Positions 47,634-58,376 of a stretch of DNA of 64,000 nt are shown piece after piece. Origin of the DNA: Acidobacteriota bacterium (GTDB lineage Bacteria; Acidobacteriota; Blastocatellia; UBA7656); the NCBI GenBank assembly GCA_038040455.1, contig JBBPIH010000039.1, forward strand, positions 4,998-68,997. Direction: 5' to 3'. Below the pieces are notes generated by a model. The model was not told the origin of the DNA. It was given only the letters and a program-made list of their open reading frames with translations, and made no database searches. The translations under genes and the position numbers were made by a program. The number at the start of each line of letters is the position of its first letter. Position 1 is the stretch's first letter.

Positions 47634-49154
47634 TTACTCCGCTTCCACACTCGCAGACTGGACCCGCAGCGGCAGCCGGCATTGAAAGACGGTGCCGGTG
47701 CCGTCGCTTCTTTCAACATTCACGTCGCCGCCGTGCGCAACAAGAATCTTCTGCACAAGCGCGAGACCGATACCGTAGCCCCGCGACTTTGTAGTGAAAA
47801 ACGGAATGAATATCCGGTGAAGGTCTTCGGGTGAGATGCCGCTGCCGGTGTCGCTAACCCTGACGTGGGCATAGCGGTGATCCGGTCCAGTGTCGATCGC
47901 TCCGCTGATCACGATTGCTTTTGTGAGCGACTGCGGATCAATGGCTTCGATAGCGTTGCGAAGCAGGTTGATCAAAGCACGCCTGAGCAGAGACTCATCT
48001 CCCGCCAGTTGTGGAAACTCGCCTTCAACATTCAACTCGATCCGGGTACCGGTCAACTGAGGTCTGACCTCCTTGACGCAGGTGTCAACAATCGAGCGCA
48101 AGTCGACTCTTACAAGGTTCAAGTCTTGCGGGCGAGCAAAGTTGAGGAAGTCGGTCACGAGTTTGCTCAACAACCTGACTTCGTTCAAAGCGGCATCAAG
48201 GGCGATTCGGCGGTCAGCGCCGGATGCCGTCCCCCCCACGGCTTGGGCGTCCAATAGTTGAACGTAGCCGTGAATCGTAGCAAGCGAGTTCTTGAACTCA
48301 TGAGCGAGACCCGCCGCCATTTCGCCGAGGTTTGCCAGATTGTCTTTGAGCTTCATTCGCTCACGAAGCTCGATCACTTCGGTTATGTCGGTCATCAAGC
48401 AGAGGGCGCCTTCGACATTTTGCGAAGCGTCGCAGATCGGGGAGATGCTTAAACCGACGCGACGGGCGCGGCCGCCGGAAAGTACGACGGGCACTTCTTC
48501 GCGCCGGTACGTCGTAGCTTTGTCGAGGCATTCGGAGATCATCGCCGCCATCTGCGGAGATGAGCTGAAGAAGGAACGAAAGTCGACGAGGGGTGACAAG
48601 AGCTCACCGGTGTGGATCTGCCTGGCGAGCGCAGAACTACCGCGGCGCCCAGCTATTTCGAATATCGTCATAGCGTGCGCATTGACCGACGTGACGATTC
48701 CCCTCGAGTCGATAGTGATCAATCCGCTGGGAATGTTGGCGATCAAGCGCTCGCTGAACCGCTCGGATCGGTCGGCGCGCTTTCGCTCGAGCTCGTGAAG
48801 CTGTGCGAGCTCTCTTTCTTTGGCTTGAAGCTGTTCGACGAGGGCTTGAAACGTCTGAGCAACGAACTCGCCTTCGCTGACTGCGGACGACGCGCGCACT
48901 GGGCTCCCGCGCGCAGCCTGGACCATTCTCCTATAAGGTCTGAGCAGCCAGCGGATCAACATGAAGACAAGGCCGATCCCTAAGACCAGCGCGATGATCT
49001 GATAGCTGAACAGGTAGATAATGATCGGGGAGGATCTGAGTTGGCTACCGCTTCGGGAGAACAGCGCAAGGCTCAGCGCAATCAGCGACAGAAGCGACAG
49101 GATTAGAACCAGCATCGCTAAGCGGGCTTTGTTTTCGACTGCTCCGAATTTCAT
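47634..49154 (-). CDS. sensor histidine kinase (two TM, PAS, HisKA, HATPase_c)
   Basis: It has an H-box (HEFKNSLATI) and N, G1 and G2 boxes (NLLRNAIEA, DTGSGI, GYGIGL). Confidence 0.75.
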   Translation of the reverse strand: MKFGAVENKARLAMLVLILSLLSLIALSLALFSRSGSQLRSSPIIIYLFSYQIIALVLGIGLVFMLIRWLLRPYRRMVQAARGSPVRASSAVSEGEFVAQTFQALVEQLQAKERELAQLHELERKRADRSERFSERLIANIPSGLITIDSRGIVTSVNAHAMTIFEIAGRRGSSALARQIHTGELLSPLVDFRSFFSSSPQMAAMISECLDKATTYRREEVPVVLSGGRARRVGLSISPICDASQNVEGALCLMTDITEVIELRERMKLKDNLANLGEMAAGLAHEFKNSLATIHGYVQLLDAQAVGGTASGADRRIALDAALNEVRLLSKLVTDFLNFARPQDLNLVRVDLRSIVDTCVKEVRPQLTGTRIELNVEGEFPQLAGDESLLRRALINLLRNAIEAIDPQSLTKAIVISGAIDTGPDHRYAHVRVSDTGSGISPEDLHRIFIPFFTTKSRGYGIGLALVQKILVAHGGDVNVERSDGTGTVFQCRLPLRVQSASVEAE

Positions 49155-49343
49155 AGTGAGTCAAAACACAGCGTTGCGGTGGGCATCGGGTAAGTATCGC
49201 GAGCGGTAGCGAGCGCGGCACGGTCACTTGGCTTATCGAGTCATGCTCGCTACCGCTCCCGATACGGAACCGAGAGACTAGAAAGTTGTCGCCCGATGCG
49301 CAAGATTAGCACGAACCTCTGCCGCGTAACACTGGGCATAGGA

Positions 49344-49757
49344 TCATATATGCGCATCGCTCTGGTACTCTCCATCTTCGGTTGTTGCCGGTTGTCCGGA
49401 TCGATCTGAAGCCCTCACGCTTAGTGTGTTGTCAGTCAAGAAGGAGAGTCTGCCGGTCCTGTTGTACTTGGCAGGTACCGCGTAGATGCGAAAATAAGCG
49501 CCGATTAACTCAACCGATATCTTATATCCCTGGGTGTGCGGGACCGTGATCTTGGTGAAGTCAAGGGCACCAGTGCCCTGTCGAATTGCGGTATCGATCT
49601 TGTCCTTGACCAGGCGCGCGTACTCCCATAGGGTGACCGCGGCATTGTACTCATTCTCGTTCATGCGCCGCTGCTGTCTGACATTGTACTGCTTGTAAGT
49701 GTGCACGCCAAGAACGCCGACGAATACGGCGGCGAGGATCACCAGAACGATCGCCAT
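49344..49757 (-). CDS. hypothetical membrane-anchored protein
   Basis: It has an N-terminal TM helix, MAIVLVILAAVFVGVLGV. No other motif is evident. Confidence 0.35.
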   Translation of the reverse strand: MAIVLVILAAVFVGVLGVHTYKQYNVRQQRRMNENEYNAAVTLWEYARLVKDKIDTAIRQGTGALDFTKITVPHTQGYKISVELIGAYFRIYAVPAKYNRTGRLSFLTDNTLSVRASDRSGQPATTEDGEYQSDAHI

Positions 49758-50117
49758 TCTCTCACCAGTTCTTTATCAGCTTCAGCCGGGACGGAATAAG
49801 AGTACGAAAGAAGTCAACGCACGGATCGGTGCGCCCGGCCCCGGGGTTTATTGGAGGGGGTTCTCGAGAGATCTTATACACGGTGGCGCGGCCGAAATCA
49901 ACATCAACGTAGCGGTTATTAGCCGCCGATTATGGGCATTGCCTCTTCATCCGTAAGGTCAAATAACTAGCTGCGGCAGCAAATACTTCAAAGTTTCGAA
50001 AGCGGCTGGCACGTGGTAACATTCAGGGGTTGATAATCCTCACTAAGATGATTCACTGCTCGTTAGCGCATCCAAGACGCGCGATGAACGAAAGTCAGCG
50101 GTAGAGCTTTACAACTT

Positions 50118-51887
50118 ATGATGGCTCGCACGCGAAAGCTTCGAGACCTGCAGGCCGTAACATCCAGACCTGTTGAATTCCTGGTTCGCAACGTACTGTT
50201 TCTTGGCTTCTTTGTGTTGCTGTTGCTTGTCGCAGGCCTTGGCTATCGGAGCGTAAAGAGTGTAGCGGCTTTAGAGAAAGACAGCGTTCGCGTTGACGAA
50301 ACGGAAGAGCGCCATTTTCGGCTTGTGCTCGACATCCGAGAGACGGCAGGCAAAGTATCTGGCGAAACGCGAACGGTGGTAGCAAACCAGCCAAATGACC
50401 TTCTTCAGTTTCCAGCGCGGCAGCGTCTGAAGGACTACAAGAAGGAAATGGACACCGAAATCGAACAAGCTAGAAGGAGTTCCCTTGTAGATAATGAAGA
50501 GTGGAAGCAATTTGAAGCAACTTACCGAGACTTCTGGGAGGTGATGGAGCAGACCGGCCTGGCTTCCAATGCCTGGCACGACGAGCGTGACAGAATGCTG
50601 GAGGCAGTAAAGAGGCTCGTTGAGTTGGTTGACAGGGAGCGAGAGGAGAATAACCTCAAAGCGCACGAGATGAGTGTGAGCGCTCGCAACCGAATAGTGG
50701 CCGCAACGGGAGCGGTCTTGACGGTGGGCATGGTAGTGGCGTTGTTGGCTTTTTATGAGATCCGCAAAAACCTAAAGCGACTTGCGGCCGCTCACGGCGC
50801 CACTGCAGAATCGAGAGACTACCTTCAATCACTTCTTGACAGCCTCGTGTCAGGAGTAGTCGTTATCGGAAATAACGGCGCGGTGCAGACGATCAGCGAG
50901 TCGTTTCGAAGTCTGCCAGGAGTGGGGACAGAGCCGGAAAGCGGACAAAGCTACGAAGAGCTGTTCCGAAGCAACTCCTCGCTGGTTGCGGCTGTGTCCG
51001 AAGAACTCTCACAACCTACGGCGAGCAGTCATTATTACGGTAGAGTTGATCTTGGTGCGAGGCTGTTTGATTTTTACACATCGCCGTTGATGGTCACAGA
51101 TCAACGGCACGGAATTATTTTGGTCTTCGTCGATGTCACTGAAGCTACGCGCGCACAAGCGGAGCTACGTCGCAATCACGCTCTTACGGCTGTTGGACAA
51201 ATGACGGCACAGATCGCACATGAGATCAGGAACCCGCTCGGCAGCATCCGCTTTGCAGCTGAGTTGCTAAAGCGACAGACAGGCACTGACCAGTCAGGCG
51301 ACCAGTCAACTTTTCAGGTGATTGAGCGAAGCGTGGACCATCTGGCGGCGATTGTTGCTGAGCTTTCAGAGTTCGCGCGGCCCAAGGAGTTGAACCGCGC
51401 GGAAATAAACTTGAATGATTTGCTTGATGAGTTGTTGCCGATGGTCGCCGATCGACTAAATGCTAAGCAGATGCAGGTGGACAAGCGTTACAGCCCGGAC
51501 TTCCCGGTCGGGTACTATGATGCCACTGAGCTGAGGAAGCTTTTCTTAAATTTGATAATCAACGCTATTGAAGCCAGCGAGCCTCAGAGCTCTATTGAGC
51601 TGCGGACGAAGCTCAGCGAAAGCGGGATCTCGGTCGACATAACAGATCATGGGTGCGGTATGGATGCCGATACGCAGAAACGGCTATTCGAGCCGTTTTA
51701 CACCACAAAGGAGAAGGGAACTGGGCTGGGCATGGCCATCGCGAAACAGATAGCTGAACTGCACAGCGGAGACCTTCGCGTGATAAGCCAGCCGGGCGCG
51801 GGAACGACCGCGTCTGTGAAATTGCCTTTGACTAAGTTCGCTGAAGCGGACAACAGAACTGGGGTTGTTCATCGTCTTAGCACATGA
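50118..51887 (+). CDS. sensor histidine kinase (TM sensor region, PAS, HisKA, HATPase_c)
   Basis: It has an H-box (HEIRNPLGSI) and N, G1 and G2 boxes (NLIINAIEA, DHGCGM, GTGLGM). Confidence 0.75.
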   Translation: MMARTRKLRDLQAVTSRPVEFLVRNVLFLGFFVLLLLVAGLGYRSVKSVAALEKDSVRVDETEERHFRLVLDIRETAGKVSGETRTVVANQPNDLLQFPARQRLKDYKKEMDTEIEQARRSSLVDNEEWKQFEATYRDFWEVMEQTGLASNAWHDERDRMLEAVKRLVELVDREREENNLKAHEMSVSARNRIVAATGAVLTVGMVVALLAFYEIRKNLKRLAAAHGATAESRDYLQSLLDSLVSGVVVIGNNGAVQTISESFRSLPGVGTEPESGQSYEELFRSNSSLVAAVSEELSQPTASSHYYGRVDLGARLFDFYTSPLMVTDQRHGIILVFVDVTEATRAQAELRRNHALTAVGQMTAQIAHEIRNPLGSIRFAAELLKRQTGTDQSGDQSTFQVIERSVDHLAAIVAELSEFARPKELNRAEINLNDLLDELLPMVADRLNAKQMQVDKRYSPDFPVGYYDATELRKLFLNLIINAIEASEPQSSIELRTKLSESGISVDITDHGCGMDADTQKRLFEPFYTTKEKGTGLGMAIAKQIAELHSGDLRVISQPGAGTTASVKLPLTKFAEADNRTGVVHRLST

Positions 51888-51933
51888 GCCAATTCTCCCG
51901 TCAAGTAGTCCATAAGCTATGGAGGTAAGTCCG

Positions 51934-53796
51934 ATGAAGCTGAAGAGAAACCTTATGCTAGCGGTGAGCGCCGTGCTTTCTGTCGCTGTGATCGCCATGA
52001 GCAGCGGCAAGACAAGCGCTCAAGACAGCCGGCCGCGATACAGCTCGGCCCAGTCCGGTGAGCGAGGTTGGACTTTGCCTTCCGACACCGTCATCAGCGT
52101 GCAGATCAACGGTACTCTCAGTTCCCGGACCGCGCGGGTCGGAGACAAGTTCACCGCCACAGTTACCGTTCCGGTGTACGTCGACGGCCGAACTGTTATC
52201 CCCGCCGGCTCAATAGTGGAAGGGCGAGTCACCCAGGTCACGCCGGCGAAGCGAATGAACCGGTCGGGTACGATAGGAATAGATTTCGATGCTCTTGTCT
52301 TTCCGAACGGCACCGCCATCAGCCTCGTGGGAAGCCTGACCTCGGATGATCCTGAAACACGGCGTCGAATCGATGACGAGAGCCGCGTGTCGGGTGAGAG
52401 CAACAAGCGGCCATCAGTCTTTATCGGGGGCGGAGGCGCGATCGGTGCTGTGCTTGGAGGAATCGCCGGCGGCGGCAAGGGCGCCGTGCTCGGAGGAGTC
52501 GTTGGGGCCGGTGCGGGCGTAGCGAGCATTCTCCTTTCGAAAGGTGAAGAAGCCCAGGTGCCGTCGGGGACTCCGTTTGGCGTTCAAATCAAGCAGCCAC
52601 TGGTCGTCAGAGAGAGCTTCATTTCTGAAACGGGGCCAGACCGTGGGGATCGCTCCTCAGATCAACCCGTGGATCGGCCGGCAGAAAGGCCCGACCGGCC
52701 CGAGCCTGTTGGATCCCAACCAGACATTCCGGATCGGCGAATTCCTACCCGCACCGAGCCCGATACCCGGAATGACGTAGACAGGTCAACCGCTGTCGCT
52801 CCTGCGCTCCCGCTCTCGTCTCCCGAGATGGTACGAAGAGCTCAAGGGGCATTGAAAGAACAGGGTTACTACGAAGGCGAGGCTGATGGGGTTACGAGCT
52901 CGCGAACCTCCAGCGCGTTGCGGACTTATCAGCGCGAACACAAACTTCAAGAGACTGGTGACTTGGATCCGCAGACCGCAACGAGTCTTGGGATTATGGG
53001 AGCTTCTAGCGTCAGTGATCGACCCGTAGAACGCCCGAGAGAAATCAGCACAGAGAGCGGTGCGTCCGCTGAGAGTGTTATGGCAAACGTGCTTTCGGCG
53101 AGTGCTAATAGGACGCAAGACGGTGCAATCTCCGTATTGATCAGTACTCAAGCGAACTCTGGTGGGTGGCGCTGGGTCGGCGAACACGTCGTAAACGGGG
53201 ATACTCTCGAAGTGTACGCAAAGGCAGTACGGCCGACTGGAATGGTGACTCAGGTACTCACGAGAGGACGGATTGAGCTCACTGTAAGGGACGGCGTGCA
53301 GTATGTGCGACGCGTCGTGATTCACTCGGCGAGCGGTGATCAGCTGATTGCACTGGGGGGCAGAGCAGATGTCGGCGCGGAAGCGAGCACGCCTTCCGGA
53401 ACGGCGGCTTCGTCAGCGAGCAGTCTTCACCGCAAGGCGGAGGAACTGCTTTCGGAATATCAGCGGCTGTATGGCGTTCGGATGACCGGCACCGGTGTTG
53501 AAGTCGACAACGCTTCGCAGTATAGAGAGGCCGAAATAGAATTGCTGTTCGCGATAGACAGCTTTGTGAATTCGGCGCAGCTCTATGAGAGGTTCGCAAC
53601 TTCGCTCCGAGACCGCGAGAGCATGCGTAGCGCGACCCTGGCCATGGCACGGCAAGCCAGACGAACGGATCGCGTGATATCCACCACAACGAGCCGTGCG
53701 GCAGACTCTCTGTCAGCGAGGTGGGATTCTGTGCGGCAGGACGTTTTGCGGCTCATGCAGATGTATAATATCAGTTCGTCTGAGATTGAGAACTGA
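51934..53796 (+). CDS. secreted protein with Gly-zipper segment, Pro/Arg-rich linker and a peptidoglycan-binding (PG_binding_1-like) repeat
   Basis: It has a signal peptide. The Gly-rich segment is GGGGAIGAVLGGIAGGGKGAVLGGVVGAGAG. The PG-binding-like motif is VRRAQGALKEQGYYEGEADGVTSSRTSSALRTYQREHKL. The ATG at 51934 has a ggagg RBS. Confidence 0.5.
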   Translation: MKLKRNLMLAVSAVLSVAVIAMSSGKTSAQDSRPRYSSAQSGERGWTLPSDTVISVQINGTLSSRTARVGDKFTATVTVPVYVDGRTVIPAGSIVEGRVTQVTPAKRMNRSGTIGIDFDALVFPNGTAISLVGSLTSDDPETRRRIDDESRVSGESNKRPSVFIGGGGAIGAVLGGIAGGGKGAVLGGVVGAGAGVASILLSKGEEAQVPSGTPFGVQIKQPLVVRESFISETGPDRGDRSSDQPVDRPAERPDRPEPVGSQPDIPDRRIPTRTEPDTRNDVDRSTAVAPALPLSSPEMVRRAQGALKEQGYYEGEADGVTSSRTSSALRTYQREHKLQETGDLDPQTATSLGIMGASSVSDRPVERPREISTESGASAESVMANVLSASANRTQDGAISVLISTQANSGGWRWVGEHVVNGDTLEVYAKAVRPTGMVTQVLTRGRIELTVRDGVQYVRRVVIHSASGDQLIALGGRADVGAEASTPSGTAASSASSLHRKAEELLSEYQRLYGVRMTGTGVEVDNASQYREAEIELLFAIDSFVNSAQLYERFATSLRDRESMRSATLAMARQARRTDRVISTTTSRAADSLSARWDSVRQDVLRLMQMYNISSSEIEN

Positions 53797-54004
53797 TGCA
53801 TGCCACGTCAGGCTTGTACCTCTGGGCCTGGGCCATTGCGTAAGACAGGGCAGACCTCGCAACGGCGCTCCAGTTCAGCCATTAGTCAGAAGCGGGTTGA
53901 AAACTGGTGTGTCACCGGCCACTTCAGCCAGCATAGATCACACCGCGCTCGACTATCATAATGAGATCGTCGGTCTTTTTTTCCTCAGTGATTCCACAAC
54001 CACT

Positions 54005-55321
54005 ATGGCAGATCTGAAAGAAACCGCAAAGCGCGTATTCCTTGGAGCCCTAACGGCGATCGAACCCGACTCTGTGATTAAGCAAAGCGTGCGAGTCGTT
54101 GGTGAGACGCTGACCGTTGGCGCCGAACAGATAGCTCTTGATACCTATGACGAAGTGGTATTGATCGGAATGGGGAAGGCTAGCTTGAAGATGGGAGCTG
54201 CGGCGGAGAATCTTTTCGGCGAGCGAATCAAAAGGGGCATTCTAGTGACCGACCGCCGCTCGCATATACGCGTAAGATCCGAAGTTGTTGTCGCTGGACA
54301 TCCATTGCCTGATGTCAACAGCCTGATAGCTGGCGAAAAGATTTTGAATGTGGTGCGGTCGTGCGGCGCGGGTTCTTTGATAGTGTTTCTAATCTCAGGG
54401 GGAGGCTCCTCGCTGGTGGAGTCGCCGTTGTCGCCGCTGATATCGCTTGGAGATCTTCGAGTCACGACTCAAGTTCTGATCCGATGCGGAGCTACCATTC
54501 ACGAGATAAACGTTTTCAGAAAGAGTCTGTCGAACATAAAGGGGGGACGACTTGGACGCCTTGCTAAGAATTCGAAGTGCGTTGGGCTGTACATGTCAGA
54601 CGTCAACGCCGGCGATTTGCGTTCGATCGCTTCAAACCCGCTTTTGCCAGAAAGGGTCGAAACCGAGGACTTCTTTGATGTGGTGAATAAGTTCAACCTG
54701 ATGGACGAACTCCCCAGGTCGGTGGCCAGCGTGATTCGACATCGAGATCTGGTCAGTTTGGCGGATGACGGAAGCAGGGCCGGGGCGCAGCCGGTGACCC
54801 TGCTATTGTTGGACAATTCTAGCGCAGTCCAAGCCGCGGTGACCCTGGCAAAGCAGTCTGGGTTTCGAGTAGAAGTGGATGCTGACCTGATCGAAGGTGA
54901 ATATAGAGCCGTCGCTGATCAATCGATTGATCATCTCTTGAAACTCAGTTCTTCGTTTCCGAATGAACGGGTCTGCGTGATATCGGGGGGCGAGGTTTCC
55001 TGCTCTGTGCGAGGCGATGGTATCGGTGGGCGCAACCAGGAATTCGTGCTATACTCGGCAGCGCGGTTGGCTGGCGCAGGCATCCTTAAGCCAGCAGCAG
55101 TGCTTTCGTGTGGCACGGACGGTATTGACGGAAACAGCAAAGCAGCAGGGGCAGTTGCCGATGCAGAACTGGTGATCAGGGCGGCACAACGCGGAGCAGA
55201 TGCCTCAATCTTCATAAGCAGCAACGATTCTCATTCGTTTTTCAAGAAGGCGGGCGGCCTCGTTGTAACGGGGCCCACGGGCAACAATGTCAGGGACCTT
55301 AGGATCCTGATGGCTCAATGA
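54005..55321 (+). CDS. glycerate kinase of the MOFRL/DUF4147 family (GckA/TtuD-like)
   Basis: It has the LIGMGKAS motif, the GGGSSLV P-loop-like motif and a C-terminal MOFRL block (SCGTDGIDGNS). The first in-frame ATG within the coding-looking region is at 54005. Confidence 0.7.
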   Translation: MADLKETAKRVFLGALTAIEPDSVIKQSVRVVGETLTVGAEQIALDTYDEVVLIGMGKASLKMGAAAENLFGERIKRGILVTDRRSHIRVRSEVVVAGHPLPDVNSLIAGEKILNVVRSCGAGSLIVFLISGGGSSLVESPLSPLISLGDLRVTTQVLIRCGATIHEINVFRKSLSNIKGGRLGRLAKNSKCVGLYMSDVNAGDLRSIASNPLLPERVETEDFFDVVNKFNLMDELPRSVASVIRHRDLVSLADDGSRAGAQPVTLLLLDNSSAVQAAVTLAKQSGFRVEVDADLIEGEYRAVADQSIDHLLKLSSSFPNERVCVISGGEVSCSVRGDGIGGRNQEFVLYSAARLAGAGILKPAAVLSCGTDGIDGNSKAAGAVADAELVIRAAQRGADASIFISSNDSHSFFKKAGGLVVTGPTGNNVRDLRILMAQ

Positions 55322-55368
55322 TGCACAGTCTTGTTAGGTTTATTTCGATGGCAAATGGAGGACGAGAG

Positions 55369-55851
55369 ATGGTAAGACTCATACCGGTAATGGCAGTTCT
55401 TCTTTTGTTGTTGGCCTGTGACAAAAAGTCTGCTCCCGTGGCTAGAACTCAGAAGGATCCAAAGATTGCAGCGATCGAGGAGAGGGTCTCGAAGACGACG
55501 CCGGAAGGGAAATTGATCATCGAGAAGGTTCTAGCAATGAAGCCCGAGGTGAATGAGCAGGTGTCGACCAAGACGGTTGGGGAGATGGTGGACGACTATG
55601 CCAAGAACAAGGGCGCATACAACATAACAACAATCGGCTGGGAAGCGTCTCTAAAGAAGCTTCGGCCCGCAGAGAAAGCAGGTCGATGGAAGGTAGTATT
55701 CAACTACCAGGATTGGCAGAAGCAGTTGCTAGCGGCGGAGTGGGAATATAATTCCGATACGAACCAGCTATACCCCTTCGACAAGGACAATGCGCCGCAA
55801 TTCTATAGCAATGAAGGAGCAGAGCCACCAGGAAAGAAAGGCAAGAAATAG
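55369..55851 (+). CDS. hypothetical lipoprotein
   Basis: It has a lipobox, LLLLLAC, after a short leader. The ATG at 55369 has a ggagga RBS. Confidence 0.4.
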   Translation: MVRLIPVMAVLLLLLACDKKSAPVARTQKDPKIAAIEERVSKTTPEGKLIIEKVLAMKPEVNEQVSTKTVGEMVDDYAKNKGAYNITTIGWEASLKKLRPAEKAGRWKVVFNYQDWQKQLLAAEWEYNSDTNQLYPFDKDNAPQFYSNEGAEPPGKKGKK

Positions 55852-55912
55852 CATCGAACTGTTGTCCGCATCAGGTCAGTGGAAGAGTTAGACCGCGCCA
55901 GATTTTTCGATA

Positions 55913-57316
55913 ATGAAGTCGGTAGTCCTTATTGTTGACGACGAACCAGCCGCCCGGTACGGAATGAAGAGGGCGCTGGAGAAGGAAGGGTACACCATCC
56001 TTGAAGCCGACAGCCTCGCGACTGCTGACGAGGCTGTCGAGAATTATGCACCGGGCGTCGTTCTGCTAGACGTCAGACTGGCCTCCGGATCAGGTCTGGA
56101 GTATTTGCCCACCCTTGTTTCGCGAGAATACCCGCCAGTTGTTATAATAGTCACCGCGCACGGCTCTGAGCGTATGGCCGTTCAGGCAATTAAGCTTGGC
56201 GCTTATGACTACCTTTCAAAGCCTTTCGATGTCGACGAGTTGCGTATCCTCGTTCGGAACGCTGTCGAAACGCATTCGCTGAGAACGGACAACGCGAAGC
56301 TGCGACGCGAACTGGCGGCGACCGGTACCTTTGGTCAATTGATTGGGTCGTCCTCCGCAATGGAAGCCGTTTACTCTTTGATTGAGAAGGTCGCGCAGAC
56401 TGACGTCACTGTCTTGATTACAGGTGAGTCGGGTACTGGTAAGGAGATGGTTGCCAGAGAAATTCATCTGAGGAGCCGGAACTCTTCAGGTCCGTTTGTC
56501 AGCTTGAACTGCGCGGCTCTACCAGGAGAGCTCATCGAGTCTGAGTTATTTGGCCACGAAAAAGGGGCGTTTACAGGAGCTTCCGGAAGAAGAGTAGGGA
56601 AGTTTGAAGCTGCTAATGGCGGTACGCTATTTCTGGACGAGATAGGTGACATGAGCCTTTCGACGCAAGCAAAGGTGTTGCGTGCTATAGAGGAGAGGAC
56701 TTTTCAAAGGCTGGGCAGCAACGAAACATTCTCCACTGATGCGCGGATAGTAAGCGCTACCAACAAGCTGCTTGAAAAAGAAGTTGAGTCGGGCCGATTC
56801 AGGGAAGATCTCTACTATCGCCTTTGTGTCGTTAAGATAAACTTGCCGCCTCTGCGTGACAGAAAAACTGACATTCCAGCGCTCGCCAACGCCTTTTGTC
56901 ACAGGTTTTCGCTCGCATATAAGGACGAGCCGTTGAAGATCTCTAAGAGTGCCCTTAAAGTATTGCTCGAATATGATTGGCCGGGCAATGCGCGACAGCT
57001 AAGAAACAGCATTGAGAGAGCCGTTGTTCTTACTGACAGCGCAGAGATTACGGTCGAAGCTTTACCTGAAGAAATACTTTCAGATCGAAGTCCCGGTCGG
57101 CCCACGGTCGCGGCCTCCGGCCGCATTACGGCTTCCCAGTCCCAGGATTTCAGGACCGCTAAGAAAGAGTTTGAACGACAATTCATCGAGGATTCCCTTG
57201 ATCAAGCAGGCGGTAACGTAACCAAGGCGGCGGCCAAGCTAGGGATGCACCGTCAAAGCCTTCAGCACAAGATCAAGGAACTCGGATTAAGCAAACGCTT
57301 TGTTTCGGATGATTGA
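55913..57316 (+). CDS. sigma-54-dependent Fis-family response regulator (REC-AAA+-HTH)
   Basis: It has a REC domain (LIVDDEP...D), Walker A (GESGTGKE), the GAFTGA sigma-54 contact motif and a C-terminal HTH. Confidence 0.85.
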   Translation: MKSVVLIVDDEPAARYGMKRALEKEGYTILEADSLATADEAVENYAPGVVLLDVRLASGSGLEYLPTLVSREYPPVVIIVTAHGSERMAVQAIKLGAYDYLSKPFDVDELRILVRNAVETHSLRTDNAKLRRELAATGTFGQLIGSSSAMEAVYSLIEKVAQTDVTVLITGESGTGKEMVAREIHLRSRNSSGPFVSLNCAALPGELIESELFGHEKGAFTGASGRRVGKFEAANGGTLFLDEIGDMSLSTQAKVLRAIEERTFQRLGSNETFSTDARIVSATNKLLEKEVESGRFREDLYYRLCVVKINLPPLRDRKTDIPALANAFCHRFSLAYKDEPLKISKSALKVLLEYDWPGNARQLRNSIERAVVLTDSAEITVEALPEEILSDRSPGRPTVAASGRITASQSQDFRTAKKEFERQFIEDSLDQAGGNVTKAAAKLGMHRQSLQHKIKELGLSKRFVSDD

Positions 57317-57333
57317 CTTTCGCGTGCTTTTCT

Positions 57334-57762
57334 TCAGAAGGGAATGTCGTCTTCAGTGACCGGTGCAGCCGACCCCTCTTGTGCACGCGGTTTGGCGTGT
57401 GACTCGTCCCTCATCTGAGAAGCGTCGTCGCCGCGCGGGCCGACGAACTGAAGGTCTGAAGCGTTAACATCCAAACTCGTCCGGGTATTGCCGTCTCTGT
57501 CCTGATACTCCCTTTGGGTCAAGCGTCCGTCGATGTAAACCAGCTTGCCCTTACTTAGGTATTGGCTCGTTGCTTCTGCCTTGCCACCCCAGACGCTCAC
57601 ATTGAACCACGTCGTAACATCCTGGAATTCTCCTGCTTTGTCTTTTTTGCGTTCCGTGGTTGCCACCGAGAAGTTACAAACGGCGGTACCTTGGGGTGTG
57701 TATCGCAATTCTGCGTCACGACCCAAATAGCCAACTATAGTTATCCTGTTAAACGACGCCAT
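57334..57762 (-). CDS. ssb: single-stranded DNA-binding protein
   Basis: It begins MASFNRITIVGYLGRDAELRYTPQG (an OB fold) and ends with the acidic tail DDIPF. The ATG at 57760-57762 has a GGAGGA RBS. The N-terminal extension of the track ORF is rejected. Confidence 0.85.
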   Translation of the reverse strand: MASFNRITIVGYLGRDAELRYTPQGTAVCNFSVATTERKKDKAGEFQDVTTWFNVSVWGGKAEATSQYLSKGKLVYIDGRLTQREYQDRDGNTRTSLDVNASDLQFVGPRGDDASQMRDESHAKPRAQEGSAAPVTEDDIPF

Positions 57763-57902
57763 ATCTTGATCCTCCGATATTGGTTGTTGTGCGCTCGCGC
57801 TGCTCGCAACGAGCTGACACTTTGTTTGACCCAGGCTAACTGTAAGGGTGAACTCTATGAGAGTTCTGTTGGCACGCCATTGAAGAGAGGCGGAGCCCAT
57901 CT

Positions 57903-58376
57903 TCACATCTTATAATCGCTGGCATCGTCAACAAGGCTCTCAGGCCAGTCGTCTTGTTGCGAAGCCGTGTCTTCAGTGATAGCGGTGCTGGAGTTCTTGA
58001 TTACCTCATCGTTGACGTAGATGGGACAGTCAACGCGTAGGGCTAAGGCGATAGCATCGCTTGGCCTCGAATCGACCACCATAACTTCGCCCTCTCTTGT
58101 TAACTCGATCACCGCCAGGAAAGTGTTGTCAATCAAGTCCGTAATTACTACTCTTCTCACCGAGGCGCCGAATTCCCAGATAATATTCTTCAGCAAATCA
58201 TGAGTCATCGGTCGTTGCGTAGCAAGTTTTTCAATCTCGACTGCAATAGCGTTGGCTTCAAACGGGCCAACCCAAATGGGAAGCATTGACTCTCCGTTGA
58301 CGTCTTTGAGAATGATGATCGGCGTGTTTGCTGCAGGGTCCATCATTAGGCCGCGGATTTTCATTTCAATTTCCAT
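57903..58376 (-). CDS. bifunctional nuclease (DUF151/BFN) family protein
   Basis: It carries LPIWVG..EA.AI and RPMTHDL patterns typical of BFN domain proteins. Confidence 0.55.
   Translation of the reverse strand: MEIEMKIRGLMMDPAANTPIIILKDVNGESMLPIWVGPFEANAIAVEIEKLATQRPMTHDLLKNIIWEFGASVRRVVITDLIDNTFLAVIELTREGEVMVVDSRPSDAIALALRVDCPIYVNDEVIKNSSTAITEDTASQQDDWPESLVDDASDYKM

Noticed and set aside
53696-54004. GTG-initiated 103-codon extension of the glycerate kinase ORF
   Set aside because: It overlaps the 3' end of the preceding gene in another frame and is Cys/Arg-rich. The conserved N-terminus starts at the ATG at 54005.
57763-57906. 48-codon extension of ssb
   Set aside because: SSB orthologues begin at MASFNRI.., and a GGAGGA RBS precedes the ATG at 57762.
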